Part shown: in pieces, positions 25,427 to 35,277 of the stretch | Layout of the letters: every line of letters begins with the position of its first letter | Position numbering within the stretch: position 1 is the stretch's first letter | Origin: an uncultured Oscillibacter sp. | GTDB lineage: Bacteria; Bacillota; Clostridia; Oscillospirales; Oscillospiraceae | DNA length: 64,000 nucleotides | Assembly (NCBI GenBank): GCA_950097265.1 | Contig: CATNDJ010000009.1 | Coordinates: 758-64,757 of the forward strand | Direction of reading: 5' to 3' | Notes under the pieces: generated by a model | What the model was told of the DNA's origin: nothing | What the model saw: the letters and a program-made list of their open reading frames with translations, nothing else | Database searches by the model: none | Position numbers and translations under genes: made by a program

Positions 25427-26290
25427 TTAAACGGCTCTTTCCATATCCCGGTGGTGCTCCGCCGTCTGATAGCCCCGGCCGCGGATGAACTCCGTCAGCG
25501 CATGGGCGATGGCCACGGAGCGGTGATGCCCGCCGGTGCAGCCCACGGCAATGACCAGGCCGGTCTTCCCCTCCTCCGCGTACAGCGGCAGGGTGAAGCC
25601 CAGCAGGTCCTCCACCTTGCGGAGGAAATCGTGGGTCTGCTGAAAGCTGAACACATAATCGGAAACCGGCTTGTCCAAGCCGGTCTGGTGCCGCAGCTCC
25701 TCGATGTAAAAGGGATTCGGCATAAAGCGCACGTCCAGCACCAGGTCCGCCTCCAGGGGGATGCCGTACTTAAAGCCGAAGGAGGTCACGCTTACCGTCA
25801 TGCCCGCCTGTTCCCCTTCACCGTTGAAAATGCGCAGCAGCTCGCTTTTCAGCTTGGCGGTGGAGAGCCGGGTGGTGTCGATGACGAAATCCGCCCGCTG
25901 CTTCACCGGCTGCATCAGCTCCCGCTCCCGCTCCACGGCCTCCTCCAGGGAGTCGGCTTCCTTCTCCAGGGGATGGCGGCGGCGGGTCTCCTTATAGCGC
26001 TTGATGATGGCCGCCGGAGACGCCTCCAAAAACAGCATCCGGCAGACGCCCTCCATGCCCTTCAGCTTATCCAGCACGTCGAACAGTTCATTGAAGGACT
26101 CCGCTGTCCGCACGTCGTACACCAAGGCTACCCGGGCGTACCGCCCGCCGCCCCCGGCGCAGAATTCCGCAAATTTCAAAATCATGGCGGCGGGCATGTT
26201 GTCCACAATATAGAAACCGCTGTCCTCCAAAAAGGACGCCGCCTTGCTTTTCCCACCGCCGGACAGGCCGGAGATGATCAAAATTTCCAT
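25427..26290 (-). CDS. rapZ: RNase adapter RapZ/YvcJ
   Basis: ISGLSGGGKS, RRYKETRRRHPL, SFGFKYG, DVRFMPNP, GCTGGHHRSV. Confidence 0.95.
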   Translation of the reverse strand: MEILIISGLSGGGKSKAASFLEDSGFYIVDNMPAAMILKFAEFCAGGGGRYARVALVYDVRTAESFNELFDVLDKLKGMEGVCRMLFLEASPAAIIKRYKETRRRHPLEKEADSLEEAVERERELMQPVKQRADFVIDTTRLSTAKLKSELLRIFNGEGEQAGMTVSVTSFGFKYGIPLEADLVLDVRFMPNPFYIEELRHQTGLDKPVSDYVFSFQQTHDFLRKVEDLLGFTLPLYAEEGKTGLVIAVGCTGGHHRSVAIAHALTEFIRGRGYQTAEHHRDMERAV

Positions 26291-26304
26291 GGGAAAACTC
26301 CCCC

Positions 26305-27222
26305 TCACTCCACAAACTTGACCTCCGGTTCCAGCCGGACGCCGGTTTTTTCCAGAACGGCCTCCTGCACCTGCCGTATCAGCTCCTTAATATCGGCGCA
26401 GGTAGCTCCACCCCGGTTGATGATGAATCCCGCGTGCTTTTCCGACACCTGGGCCCCGCCCACCATCCGGCCCTTCAAACTGCATTGGTCGATGAGGGTC
26501 CCGGCAAAACAGCCCTCCGGCCGCTTGAAGGTGCTGCCCGCGCTGGGCCACTCCAGAGGCTGGCTGGCCTTCCGGCGGGCCATGAGGTCCCCCATAGTCT
26601 CCCGGATGTTCTCAGGATCTCCGGCGGAGAGCCGGAACACCGCGTAAAGCGCCGCCGCCTCCGTATGTTCCGTGAGGAAGCTCCGGCGGTAGCCGAAAGA
26701 CAGCTCCTCTCCGGAGAGATATTTTACCCCCTCCTCCGGGAACAGGGCCGATACGCCGGAGACCGCCTGCTTCAGTTCCCCGCCGTAGGCCCCGGCGTTC
26801 ATGCACACGCCGCCGCCCACCGTTCCGGGGATGCCGTGGGCAAATTCCAGCCCCGTCAGCCCCTGCTTACAGGCGAAATCCGCCAGCCGGGCCAAGGACA
26901 CGCCGCACCCGGCAATGATGGTATCCGGCTCCTCCCCCATCTCCAGGCGGCAGAGGCGGCCGGTCCCGACCACCAGCCGGTCCAGCCCCTCGTCCGGGGC
27001 CAGCAGGTTTGTGCCGTTGCCGGCCACCAGGGGCCTCGCCCCGCACTCCCGGGCCATGGACAGCAACAGCACCAGCTGTTCCCCGTTTTTCGGGAAGGCC
27101 ATCCGTTTCGCGGGCCCCCCCACCCGGAAGGAGGTGTGCTTCGCCATGGGCTCCTCTTTCAGCACCCGCAAATCCGGCAGGTAATCCGTTATCTGCTTGT
27201 CAAGCCGCGTCACCCAGTCCAT
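26305..27222 (-). CDS. murB: UDP-N-acetylenolpyruvoylglucosamine reductase
   Basis: HTSFRVGGPA, GIPGTVGG..MNAGAYG, PSAGSTFKRP, HAGFIIN. Confidence 0.96.
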   Translation of the reverse strand: MDWVTRLDKQITDYLPDLRVLKEEPMAKHTSFRVGGPAKRMAFPKNGEQLVLLLSMARECGARPLVAGNGTNLLAPDEGLDRLVVGTGRLCRLEMGEEPDTIIAGCGVSLARLADFACKQGLTGLEFAHGIPGTVGGGVCMNAGAYGGELKQAVSGVSALFPEEGVKYLSGEELSFGYRRSFLTEHTEAAALYAVFRLSAGDPENIRETMGDLMARRKASQPLEWPSAGSTFKRPEGCFAGTLIDQCSLKGRMVGGAQVSEKHAGFIINRGGATCADIKELIRQVQEAVLEKTGVRLEPEVKFVE

Positions 27223-27258
27223 TCATGGGCCCCCTTATTTTCAAGATGCCTGCAAACC

Positions 27259-28173
27259 TCACATCGCCCGGCCCAGCATCGCCGCGCCAATGATGCCCGC
27301 ATCGTTTCCCAGCTCCGCCGGGAGGATCTTCGTAACCCGTCCCCCGTGGCGGGAAAAGCTCTCCTTCGCCACGGCCTCCCGCAAAGGCTCCAGCAGCAGC
27401 CGCTCCGGGGCCGCCGCTACGCCGCCGCCGATGGCCACGGCCTCAGGGCGCAGGATATTGATGAGGCTGGCCAAACCGCCGGCCAGGTGGTTCACATAGC
27501 TCCGGCAGACGGCCAGGGCCGTCTCGTCCCCCGCCTCCGCCGCCTGAAAGGCCGTCCGGCCCTCCACGCCATGCTCCGCGGCAAACCGATGCAGGGCGCT
27601 CTCCGGGTGGGCCTCCATGGCCCGCTTCGTCTGCTGAATCAAGCCCGTGGCGGAGGCATAACGCTCCCAGCAGCCCCTTCGGCCGCAGTTGCAGAGCTCG
27701 CCGTCCTGGCAGATCACCATGTGGCCCGCTTCGCTGGAGGCCAGGCCGCCCCTGAGCTTCCCATCTACGATGATCCCCGCGCCCACGCCGGTGCCCAGGG
27801 TGATAACGGCAAAATCCCGGGTTCCCTGCCCCGCTCCCCGGAAAAACTCGCCTACGGCGGCACAGTCCGCATCGTTGCCCAGCAACAGGGGCAGATCCAG
27901 ATGACGGCGGAAGAACTGCTCTAGGGGAACATTTTCCATGGGGATGTTGGTGGTAAAAAGCACGTCGCCCCCGTCCACCGCCCCGGGAAGGCCCACGCCC
28001 ACCCAGCGGACCTTGTCCTGCATAACCTTTTTAGACAGTTCCGCCAAAGTCTCCGCGAACTTCTCCGGGCCCTGGAAATCCAGGGGAACCCGCTCCACTT
28101 TTACAATGTTGCCCACCTCGTCCACCAGGCCGGCCTTCAGGTTCGTGCCGCCTACATCGATACCGATATACAT
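27259..28173 (-). CDS. ROK-family sugar kinase (glucokinase-like)
   Basis: IGIDVGGT, NDADCAA.GE, EAGH, CNCGRRGCWE. Confidence 0.92.
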   Translation of the reverse strand: MYIGIDVGGTNLKAGLVDEVGNIVKVERVPLDFQGPEKFAETLAELSKKVMQDKVRWVGVGLPGAVDGGDVLFTTNIPMENVPLEQFFRRHLDLPLLLGNDADCAAVGEFFRGAGQGTRDFAVITLGTGVGAGIIVDGKLRGGLASSEAGHMVICQDGELCNCGRRGCWERYASATGLIQQTKRAMEAHPESALHRFAAEHGVEGRTAFQAAEAGDETALAVCRSYVNHLAGGLASLINILRPEAVAIGGGVAAAPERLLLEPLREAVAKESFSRHGGRVTKILPAELGNDAGIIGAAMLGRAM

Positions 28174-28185
28174 AGCTTTTCCTCC

Positions 28186-29115
28186 TTACAGCTTTCCATC
28201 CGCCCGGGCGTCCACCTTCTGGGCCAGCTCCTGGGCCGCGTTGTAGCCCAGCTTCCGATGCCGGTTGTTCATGGCCGCCACCTCTACGATGCTGGCCAGG
28301 TTCCGCCCCGGGCGCACTGGAATGGTCAGGGTGGGGACCTGGATGTCCAGGATGTCAATGTAGTGATCCTCAATGCCCAGGCGGTCGTAAAACTTCTCGC
28401 TGTCCCAGGGCTCAAAATTCACCACCAGGTCCAGTTGGACCTCGTTTTTCACGGCCCGGACGCCGAAGAGCTGCTGCACGTTGATGACGCCGATACCCCG
28501 CAGCTCAATGTAGTTGCGAATCACCTCCGGCGCGGTGCCCATCAACCGGCCGGAGACCCGCCGGAGCTCCACCGCGTCGTCGGCCACCAGCCGGTGGCCA
28601 CGCATGATGAGCTCAATGGCCGCTTCGCTTTTGCCCACGCCGGAATCTCCGGTAATCATGACGCCCTCGCCGTAGATATCCAGCAGCACGCCGTGGCGGG
28701 TAACGCAGGGAGCCAGCACCCGGTTCAGATATTCGATGGTGCGGCTGGTAAAGGCCACCGTCACCTCATTTGTCCGCAGCAGGGTCTTTTGGTGCTCCAC
28801 GGCGCTCTCAATGCACTCCGGGAAACAGTCCAGGCTCCGGGCAATCACCAGGGCGGGAATGTCATAGAGAAAGAGGTCGTCAAAGCACTTGCGGCGCTGC
28901 GCGTCGGTAAGCCCCCGGAGGTAGGTAACCTCCGCCTTGCCGATCACCTGGAGGCGGCAGGGGTCGAAATAGTCGTAAAAGCTGTGAAACTGAAGGCCGG
29001 GACGGTTCAGATCCGGCACAGTCAGCAGAGCGCTGTCAAAATCGCTGCCCCGGTTCAGAACCTCCAAGCGAAAGAGGGATACAAAATCCTTCACCTTCAT
29101 ACCGTGTTCACGCAT
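28186..29115 (-). CDS. hprK: HPr kinase/phosphorylase
   Basis: HGVLLDIYGEGVMITGDSGVGKSE, HRLVADD, IELRGIG, PVRPGRNLA. Confidence 0.96.
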   Translation of the reverse strand: MREHGMKVKDFVSLFRLEVLNRGSDFDSALLTVPDLNRPGLQFHSFYDYFDPCRLQVIGKAEVTYLRGLTDAQRRKCFDDLFLYDIPALVIARSLDCFPECIESAVEHQKTLLRTNEVTVAFTSRTIEYLNRVLAPCVTRHGVLLDIYGEGVMITGDSGVGKSEAAIELIMRGHRLVADDAVELRRVSGRLMGTAPEVIRNYIELRGIGVINVQQLFGVRAVKNEVQLDLVVNFEPWDSEKFYDRLGIEDHYIDILDIQVPTLTIPVRPGRNLASIVEVAAMNNRHRKLGYNAAQELAQKVDARADGKL

Positions 29116-29183
29116 GGCGTTTCTCCTTTTCCCGGTGAAAGCCGGGCGTCCTTGGTTTTCGCGTCCATGACGCGTCCGTTTCC

Positions 29184-29212
29184 ATTATATATGAAGTCTT
29201 CCGATTCCGCAA
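29184..29212 (-). promoter_or_regulatory. sigmaA promoter of the hprK-dnaE operon
   Basis: TTGCGG-17-TATAAT. Confidence 0.65.
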
Positions 29213-29319
29213 CACTTTCCCTCCAGAAGATCCCCAGGAAATCCCGCAAAAAAACCTCAAGTATCACAGCATAGCGCCATGATATTTGAGGCAAAGCATG
29301 GAAGGAAACCCTTTACGGG

Positions 29320-29347
29320 AAAAGGGGGGACGTTAGTCCCCCCTTTT
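29320..29347 (-). terminator. Terminator after rplA
   Basis: aaaagggggga-c...g-tcccccctttt-type stem immediately after the stop. Confidence 0.8.
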
Positions 29348-29353
29348 AAGTCA

Positions 29354-30046
29354 TCAGACCAATTTCGCGGTATTCATCCGCACGCCGGGGCCCATGGTGG
29401 CGGCGGCGACGCAGCTGCGGATATACTGGCCCTTGGCCGCAGCGGGCTTGGCCTTCACAATGGCGCCCATCAGAGTGTTGTAGTTCTCCGTCAGCTTCTC
29501 CGGGCCGAAGGAGACCTTGCCGATGGGGCAGTGGATGATGTTGGTTTTGTCCAGGCGGTACTCGATTTTACCGGCCTTGACTTCCTGCACGGCCTTGGCC
29601 ACGTCGGGAGTCACGGTGCCCGCCTTGGGAGAGGGCATCAGGCCCTTGGGGCCCAAGACCTTACCGAGACGGCCCACCACGCCCATCATATCGGGGCTGG
29701 CGACCACCACATCGAAGTCAAACCAGTTTTCCTTCTGAATCTTCTCCACCAGGTCCATCTCGCCCACGTAGTCGGCTCCGGCGGCCTTGGCGGCCTCGGC
29801 CTTGTCCCCCTTAGCGAAGACCAGCACCCGGACGGTCTTGCCGGTGCCATGGGGCAGGACGATGGCGCCGCGGACCTGCTGGTCGGCGTGCCGGGAGTCC
29901 ACGCCCAGCTTCACATGGAGCTCGACGGTCTCGTCGAACTTGGCGGTAGCGGTTTTGCAGACCAGCGCCAGGCCCTCGGCGGGCTCATATTGGGTGTTCT
30001 TGTCAATCTGCTTGGCACTGTCCTGATATTTTTTGCCTCTAAACAC
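29354..30046 (-). CDS. rplA: 50S ribosomal protein L1
   Basis: [32 protein letters not shown]; GTG start 30046 after SD GAGGAGG. Confidence 0.97.
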   Translation of the reverse strand: MFRGKKYQDSAKQIDKNTQYEPAEGLALVCKTATAKFDETVELHVKLGVDSRHADQQVRGAIVLPHGTGKTVRVLVFAKGDKAEAAKAAGADYVGEMDLVEKIQKENWFDFDVVVASPDMMGVVGRLGKVLGPKGLMPSPKAGTVTPDVAKAVQEVKAGKIEYRLDKTNIIHCPIGKVSFGPEKLTENYNTLMGAIVKAKPAAAKGQYIRSCVAAATMGPGVRMNTAKLV

Positions 30047-30064
30047 TGTTACTTCCTCCTCATA

Positions 30065-30092
30065 GTGGTTCTTCGGAACGGAATCCTCCCAC
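30065..30092 (-). ncRNA. L1-binding autoregulatory RNA site upstream of rplA
   Basis: GUGGGAGG-AUUCCGUU-CCGAAGAACCAC, resembling the known L1 mRNA site GUGGGAGG...CC..AACCAC. Confidence 0.7.
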
Positions 30093-30132
30093 TGTATGGA
30101 GCGGCGATCCGGCCGCTCTCCTGTTATGTTGG

Positions 30133-30558
30133 TCAGTCGCCGACGATAACGCCCATGGACCGGCAGGTCCCGGCGATCATGCTCATGGCGGACTCCAGGT
30201 TGGCGGCGTTCAGGTCCCGCATCTTGATCTCGGCAATTTTTTGGACGCTGGCCTTGGAGATAGTAGCCACCTTGGTTTTGTTGGGAACGCCGGAGCCGGA
30301 TTCGATGCTGCATTCCTTCTTGATCAGCACAGCCGCCGGAGGCGTCTTGGTGATGAAGGAGAAGGAGCGGTCCGCGTACACGGTGATGACGACGGGGATG
30401 ATCATTCCCGCGTCGTTTTTGGTGCGTTCATTAAATTCTTTGGTAAAGGCGGCGATGTTCACGCCGTGCTGGCCCAGAGCGGGGCCCACGGGGGGAGCGG
30501 GCGTCGCCTTGCCCGCGGGGATTTGCAGCTTTACATAACCAGTGATCTTCTGTGCCAT
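30133..30558 (-). CDS. rplK: 50S ribosomal protein L11
   Basis: [30 protein letters not shown]. Confidence 0.98.
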   Translation of the reverse strand: MAQKITGYVKLQIPAGKATPAPPVGPALGQHGVNIAAFTKEFNERTKNDAGMIIPVVITVYADRSFSFITKTPPAAVLIKKECSIESGSGVPNKTKVATISKASVQKIAEIKMRDLNAANLESAMSMIAGTCRSMGVIVGD

Positions 30559-30585
30559 GGAGCGGCACCTCCTACGATTTAAAAT

Positions 30586-30621
30586 GTGGTTCGGCGGGAC
30601 GGTTCCTCTCGTCCCTCCCAC
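30586..30621 (-). ncRNA. Second L1-binding RNA site upstream of rplK
   Basis: GUGGGAGGGAC...GUCCCGCCGAACCAC. Confidence 0.65.
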
Positions 30622-30640
30622 CTGCGCGCAAACGCGCGGC

Positions 30641-31165
30641 TCAGTTCAGAACTTCGACCTGATCCAGCTCCAGGTCCACCGGGGTCTCCCGGCCGAACAT
30701 GGAAACCATGACGCTGACCCGGTTTTTCTCCGGCTCGATCTCCTCCACCACGCCGGTGAAGCTGGCCAGCGGGCCGTCCATGATTCGCACGTGGTCGCCC
30801 AAGCCATACTTGACGACGATCTCGTGTTTCTCCATGCCCATGGCCAGAACCTCTTCCTCCGTCAGGGGAATGGCCTTGTTGGCGGTGCCCACGAAGCCGG
30901 TGACGCCCCGGACGTTCCGCACCAGGTGCCAGGTCTCGTCCGTCATGATCATCTTGATGAGCACGTAACCGGGGAAGACCTTCCGGGCCACTTCCTTGGA
31001 AGCGCCGCTCTCGGTGATCTCCGTGACGTTTTCCATGGGGATTTCCATCCGCAGGATCATATCCTCCATGTTCCGCCCGGTGACAAGCTTTTCAATGCTG
31101 GTCTTAACGGCGTTTTCATAGCCGGAGTAGGTATGCACGACATACCATTTCGCGCTGTCTGCCAT
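30641..31165 (-). CDS. nusG: Transcription factor NusG
   Basis: [34 protein letters not shown]. Confidence 0.98.
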   Translation of the reverse strand: MADSAKWYVVHTYSGYENAVKTSIEKLVTGRNMEDMILRMEIPMENVTEITESGASKEVARKVFPGYVLIKMIMTDETWHLVRNVRGVTGFVGTANKAIPLTEEEVLAMGMEKHEIVVKYGLGDHVRIMDGPLASFTGVVEEIEPEKNRVSVMVSMFGRETPVDLELDQVEVLN

Positions 31166-31175
31166 TCTGCGTTCC

Positions 31176-31385
31176 TCAGGCGCCAAAGGCGCTCAAGATC
31201 ATCTGAACCAGGGAAACGGAGACAAAGTCGAACACCCAGATAAACGCGCCGATGATAGCGGAGCACAGAAGCACCGTGCCTGTATTTTTCATCACCGTCT
31301 GCTTGTTAGGCCACACGACCTTTTTCAGCTCGCTTTTCATTTCGCGGAACCAAAGGCCGCGATCCTTTTTCTTCGCTTCTGCCAT
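31176..31385 (-). CDS. secE: Preprotein translocase SecE
   Basis: FREMKSELKKVVWP plus one TM helix. Confidence 0.95.
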   Translation of the reverse strand: MAEAKKKDRGLWFREMKSELKKVVWPNKQTVMKNTGTVLLCSAIIGAFIWVFDFVSVSLVQMILSAFGA

Positions 31386-31409
31386 TCTTCAATTACGCCC
31401 TTTCCTCAA

Positions 31410-31559
31410 TTATTTGGTTTCGCTGTGGAGCGTGTGCTTCCGGCAGAAACGGCAATACTTGTTCAGCTCCAGCTTGTCCGGTGTGTTTTTTTTGTTTTTC
31501 ATGGTATTGTAGTTTCTCTGCTTGCACTCGTTGCATCTCAGGGTTACCTTGACTCGCAT
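31410..31559 (-). CDS. rpmG: 50S ribosomal protein L33, Zn-binding form (49 aa, below the ORF-track cutoff)
   Basis: Manual translation [49 protein letters not shown]. Confidence 0.96.
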   Translation of the reverse strand: MRVKVTLRCNECKQRNYNTMKNKKNTPDKLELNKYCRFCRKHTLHSETK

Positions 31560-31688
31560 TCTTTCGGCACCTCCTTATATTAGCTTTCCTCCGGGGAAAG
31601 CCGACTGCCTCCCTGCCGGGACCTGTCCGTCGCGGCTTGAAAAGCGAAAAAGCGCACAACAAAAAAGCCCCGCTCACAGGTAAGATCG

Positions 31689-31717
31689 AGTATAGCACAC
31701 GTTTCCTCATGGGTCAA
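31689..31717 (-). promoter_or_regulatory. sigmaA promoter of rpmG-secE-nusG-rplKA
   Basis: TTGACC-17-TATACT. Confidence 0.75.
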
Positions 31718-31808
31718 CACTTTTTTTGAAAAAATTCCTAGAAAAACGGCTCTGTTTCCAGCGATTCAACGCCCTGTAAAAAAACTTCAGTTTTTTTGAA
31801 AATTCTTC

Positions 31809-31837
31809 TTGCATTTTTCGATGGATTCTGTTATTAT
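31809..31837 (+). promoter_or_regulatory. sigmaA promoter of rpmB
   Basis: TTGCAT-17-TATTAT with an extended TG. Confidence 0.65.
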
Positions 31838-31894
31838 AACACTCGTGCTTATGAAAATACGCACATAGTATGCGACAGCAGGGAGGTGCAATGG

Positions 31895-32083
31895 ATGGCT
31901 AAGTGCGAGTATTGCGGCAAAGGCGTGACCTTTGGCATTCAGGTCTCTCACTCTCACCGGCGTTCCAACCGTCCCTGGAAGCCCAACGTGAAACGTGTCA
32001 AGGCGATCGTGGATGGTTCTCCTCGCCACGTGTATGTCTGCACCCGGTGCATGCGCTCCGGCAAGGTTACCAGAGCGGTCTAA
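31895..32083 (+). CDS. rpmB: 50S ribosomal protein L28
   Basis: MAKCEYCGK...QVSHSHRRSNRPWKPNVK...VCTRCMRSG. Confidence 0.97.
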   Translation: MAKCEYCGKGVTFGIQVSHSHRRSNRPWKPNVKRVKAIVDGSPRHVYVCTRCMRSGKVTRAV

Positions 32084-32093
32084 TGAGAACGAG

Positions 32094-32128
32094 AAAAGCT
32101 CCCGGACTTCGGTCCGGGAGCTTTTTTT
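32094..32128. terminator. Bidirectional terminator (copy 1 of the CTCCCGGAC-N4-GTCCGGGAG hairpin)
   Basis: aaaagctcccggac-ttcg-gtccgggagctttt. Confidence 0.85.
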
Positions 32129-32129
32129 G

Positions 32130-32768
32130 CTAAACACGGGTCCTCCGCCCTGCCCGCTCAAAATCTATCCGCACAAATTTCTTCCCGTTGGGAAGCCCGC
32201 GCTCCAGGGTTTTAACCGTCTGGCAGCCGATTTCCCCCATGGCCCTCTCCAGGGCCCGCTCCTCCATCTGGCGGTGCACCCTCTCCAGTTTGTCGAAAGC
32301 GTGCAGGTACGGCGAGTCCGACACCCAGCCGTCCTCCGTGTTGATCTGGATGACGCAGGAAACCCAGCGGGGCCTCACCCGGCGCACCGCTCTTTGAAAG
32401 CTCTCATAGCCGATGTATTCCACCAGCAGGTCCGCGATGACCAGATCCGCTTCCGGCAAGCCGCCGGGATCCTTCGTCAAATCCACCCGCAGGCATTCCA
32501 GCACGCCGGTCAAATTCGGATGCCGGGCGGTGGCCGCCTCCAAATAAGTGGCGTTGACATCCACCCCGTACACTTTTTCCACCCGGTCCTCTCGAATATG
32601 CTCCAAGCCGTTTCCGCCCGCGACGCCCAGAATCATGACCCTGGAGGCCGGATAATCCCCGAGCTGGCCTTTCATCATCTCATTCAGCGCCTGAAGCTGA
32701 AAAACAGAATCCAGCTTCATGTGGTTCTCATAGTCCTCCAGCGAGATCTCTTCCCATGGATTTTTCAT
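32130..32768 (-). CDS. Class I SAM-dependent methyltransferase
   Basis: MKNPWEEISLEDYENHM, ILGVAGGNG, YGVDVN, ADLLVEYIG. Confidence 0.85.
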   Translation of the reverse strand: MKNPWEEISLEDYENHMKLDSVFQLQALNEMMKGQLGDYPASRVMILGVAGGNGLEHIREDRVEKVYGVDVNATYLEAATARHPNLTGVLECLRVDLTKDPGGLPEADLVIADLLVEYIGYESFQRAVRRVRPRWVSCVIQINTEDGWVSDSPYLHAFDKLERVHRQMEERALERAMGEIGCQTVKTLERGLPNGKKFVRIDFERAGRRTRV

Positions 32769-32787
32769 TTGTCCCCCTCCCATGCTG

Positions 32788-32816
32788 AAAACTCCCGGAC
32801 TCTTGTCCGGGAGTTT
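32788..32816 (-). terminator. Terminator after tgt (copy 2 of the same hairpin)
   Basis: aaaactcccggac-tctt-gtccgggagttt. Confidence 0.8.
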
Positions 32817-32830
32817 AAAAATCCGGGAAC

Positions 32831-33964
32831 CTATACCCGTTCCGCCAGCTTCCCGCTGTATGCCGCCCGGAAATCCCCGAAGCGCCCCTGGTCCAGGGCC
32901 TCCCGGATTTTGGCGGTCAGCTCATTATAAAAATAGAGGTTGTGCAGCACCGCCAGCCGGAGGGCCAGGGTCTCCTCCGCCTTGAAGAGGTGCCGGAGGT
33001 AAGCCCGGGAAAAACGCCTGCACACCGGGCAGCCGCAGCTCTCGCTGATGGGCCGGTCATCTGTGGAATATTTGGCGTTCAGGATGTTCACGGTTCCCTC
33101 CCAGGTGAAGAGCTTCCCGTGCCGCCCGTTCCGGGAGGGCATGACGCAGTCGAAGAAATCCACCCCCCGGGCTACGCCCTCGATGATATTGCTGGGAGTG
33201 CCTACACCCATGAGATACCGGGGCTTGTCCTGGGGCATGTGGGGTTCTACCGCGTCGATAATATCGTACATGACCTGGGTGGGCTCCCCCACCGCCAGGC
33301 CGCCGATGGCGTAGCCGTCGCAGTCCAGCTTGGCAATCTCGTCCATGTGCCAGATCCGGAGGTCCGCAAAGGTCGCCCCCTGGTTGATGCCGAAGAGGAG
33401 CTGGCCGGGGTTGACGGCGTCCGGCAGGGCGTTCAGCCGGTCATGCTCCCGCTTGCAGCGCTCCAGCCACCGGAGGGTCCGTTCGCAGGAGGCTTTGGCA
33501 TATTCGTATGCCGCCGGATTTTCTACGCACTCGTCGAAGGCCATAGCCACGTCGCTGCCCAGGTTGGACTGAATGCGCATCGACTCCTCCGGTCCCATGA
33601 AGATCTTCCGCCCGTCGATGTGGGAGGAGAAATAAACCCCCTCTTCCTTGATTCGCCGGAGGGGGGCCAGGGAGAAAACCTGGAAGCCGCCGGAATCGGT
33701 AAGGATCGGCCCGTCCCAGTTCATGAATTTATGGAGTCCCCCCATTTGCCGGATCAGCCCGTCGCCGGGGCGGAGATGGAGGTGGTAAGTGTTGCTCAGC
33801 TCAATCTGGCAGCGGACCTCCCGAAGGTCGAAAGCATCCACGCCGCCTTTAATCGCGGCCTGGGTCCCTACGTTCATAAACACCGGGGTCTGGACCGCGC
33901 CGCCGTGGGCGCAGGAAAACTCGCCGCGCCGGGCGCGGCCCTCTGTCTTTAAAAGCTTGAACAT
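32831..33964 (-). CDS. tgt: tRNA-guanine transglycosylase
   Basis: TPVFMNVGT, SNTYHL, TDSGGFQV, AFDEC, GGLAVGE, RYLMGVG, DFFDCVMP, CGCPVC. Confidence 0.97.
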   Translation of the reverse strand: MFKLLKTEGRARRGEFSCAHGGAVQTPVFMNVGTQAAIKGGVDAFDLREVRCQIELSNTYHLHLRPGDGLIRQMGGLHKFMNWDGPILTDSGGFQVFSLAPLRRIKEEGVYFSSHIDGRKIFMGPEESMRIQSNLGSDVAMAFDECVENPAAYEYAKASCERTLRWLERCKREHDRLNALPDAVNPGQLLFGINQGATFADLRIWHMDEIAKLDCDGYAIGGLAVGEPTQVMYDIIDAVEPHMPQDKPRYLMGVGTPSNIIEGVARGVDFFDCVMPSRNGRHGKLFTWEGTVNILNAKYSTDDRPISESCGCPVCRRFSRAYLRHLFKAEETLALRLAVLHNLYFYNELTAKIREALDQGRFGDFRAAYSGKLAERV

Positions 33965-33978
33965 CTGTCTCTCCTATT

Positions 33979-34230
33979 TTATAAGCTGTCGAAAAAGGCC
34001 CTGAGCTCCGCCTTTTTCTCCGCAGGGATCCCCTTCTTGGGCACGCCCAGCTCCGCCCCGGCCAGGGCCGTGAGCTGATGGAAGCAGGCCGTGGGGTCCG
34101 CCTGGGCCCGGATTCGCAAAAACGCCTCCCGGGCTCCTGCCGCCCGGAAGTCCTCCGGGGTCTCCAGACCCGCCCGGCGGAGATTCTCCGCCAGCTTGGG
34201 GCCGATGTTTGGAAGGTCTGTCAGCGTCAT
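33979..34230 (-). CDS. TfoX C-terminal-like helix-hairpin-helix protein
   Basis: LTDLPNIGPKLAENLRRAGLETPEDF...GAREAFLRI. Confidence 0.8.
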   Translation of the reverse strand: MTLTDLPNIGPKLAENLRRAGLETPEDFRAAGAREAFLRIRAQADPTACFHQLTALAGAELGVPKKGIPAEKKAELRAFFDSL

Positions 34231-34242
34231 GGCGCTTTCTCC

Positions 34243-35268
34243 TTACGAGATAAACATGGCGTCGCCGAAGGAGAAGAAGCGGTAGCGCCGCTCCACCGCC
34301 TCCCGGTAGGCGTTCAGCACCGCCTCCCGCCCTGCAAAGGCGGACACCAGCATAATGAGAGTACTCTCCGGCAGGTGGAAATTGGTCACAAGGCCGTCCA
34401 TGACCTTGAAGCGGCAGCCGGGATAGAGGTAGATGTTTGTCCAGCCGGACCGGGGCTCCATGTGCCCGTCCTCCGCAGCCCAGGACTCCAGCGTCCGGCA
34501 GGAGGTGGTTCCCACGCAGACGACCCGCCCGCCGCCCGCCTTCGTGCGGTTGATGAGCTCCGCCGTCTCCAGGGGGATGGTGCAGTACTCGCTGTGCATG
34601 GGGTGGTCCTCGACGTCCTCTTCCTTCACCGGGCGGAAGGTCCCCAGGCCCACGTGGAGGGTGACATAGCCTAGGCGCACGCCCTTGGCCTCTATTTCCT
34701 TTAAGAGCTCCGGCGTGAAGTGCAGCCCCGCCGTGGGGGCGGCGGCACTGCCCAGGACCTTGGAATAGACGGTCTGATACCGCTCCTGGTCCTGAAGCTC
34801 TTCCTTGATGTACGGCGGCAGGGGCATCTTCCCCAGGCGCTCCAGCACCTCCAGGAAAATCCCCTGATATTCAAAGCGAATCAGGCGGTTGCCCTCCGCC
34901 TCCTCCCTCACCACTTCGGCGGCAAGAGACCCGTCGCCAAAGGTCATCCGGGCTCCGGCCCGCAGCTTCCGCCCTGGGCGGACCAGGCATTCCCAGACAT
35001 TCTCGCCCTTGTCGGACAACAGCAGTACCTCGCAGGCGCCGCCGCCCGGCAGCCGCCGCCCCAGGAGCCGGGCGGGCAGGACCCGGGAATCGTTCATAAT
35101 CAGGCAGTCCCCGGGGCGCAGCAGGGACGGCAGGTCATAGAAATGACGGTGTCCCGTCTCCCCAGTCCGGCGGTCCAGGGTCATGAGCCGGGAGCCATCC
35201 CGTTTTTCCATCGGCGTCTGGGCGATGAGCTCCTGGGGAAGCTCGTAGTAAAAGTCGCTTGTCTTCAT
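34243..35268 (-). CDS. queA: S-adenosylmethionine:tRNA ribosyltransferase-isomerase
   Basis: [49 protein letters not shown]. Confidence 0.98.
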   Translation of the reverse strand: MKTSDFYYELPQELIAQTPMEKRDGSRLMTLDRRTGETGHRHFYDLPSLLRPGDCLIMNDSRVLPARLLGRRLPGGGACEVLLLSDKGENVWECLVRPGRKLRAGARMTFGDGSLAAEVVREEAEGNRLIRFEYQGIFLEVLERLGKMPLPPYIKEELQDQERYQTVYSKVLGSAAAPTAGLHFTPELLKEIEAKGVRLGYVTLHVGLGTFRPVKEEDVEDHPMHSEYCTIPLETAELINRTKAGGGRVVCVGTTSCRTLESWAAEDGHMEPRSGWTNIYLYPGCRFKVMDGLVTNFHLPESTLIMLVSAFAGREAVLNAYREAVERRYRFFSFGDAMFIS

Positions 35269-35277
35269 GGCATATCC

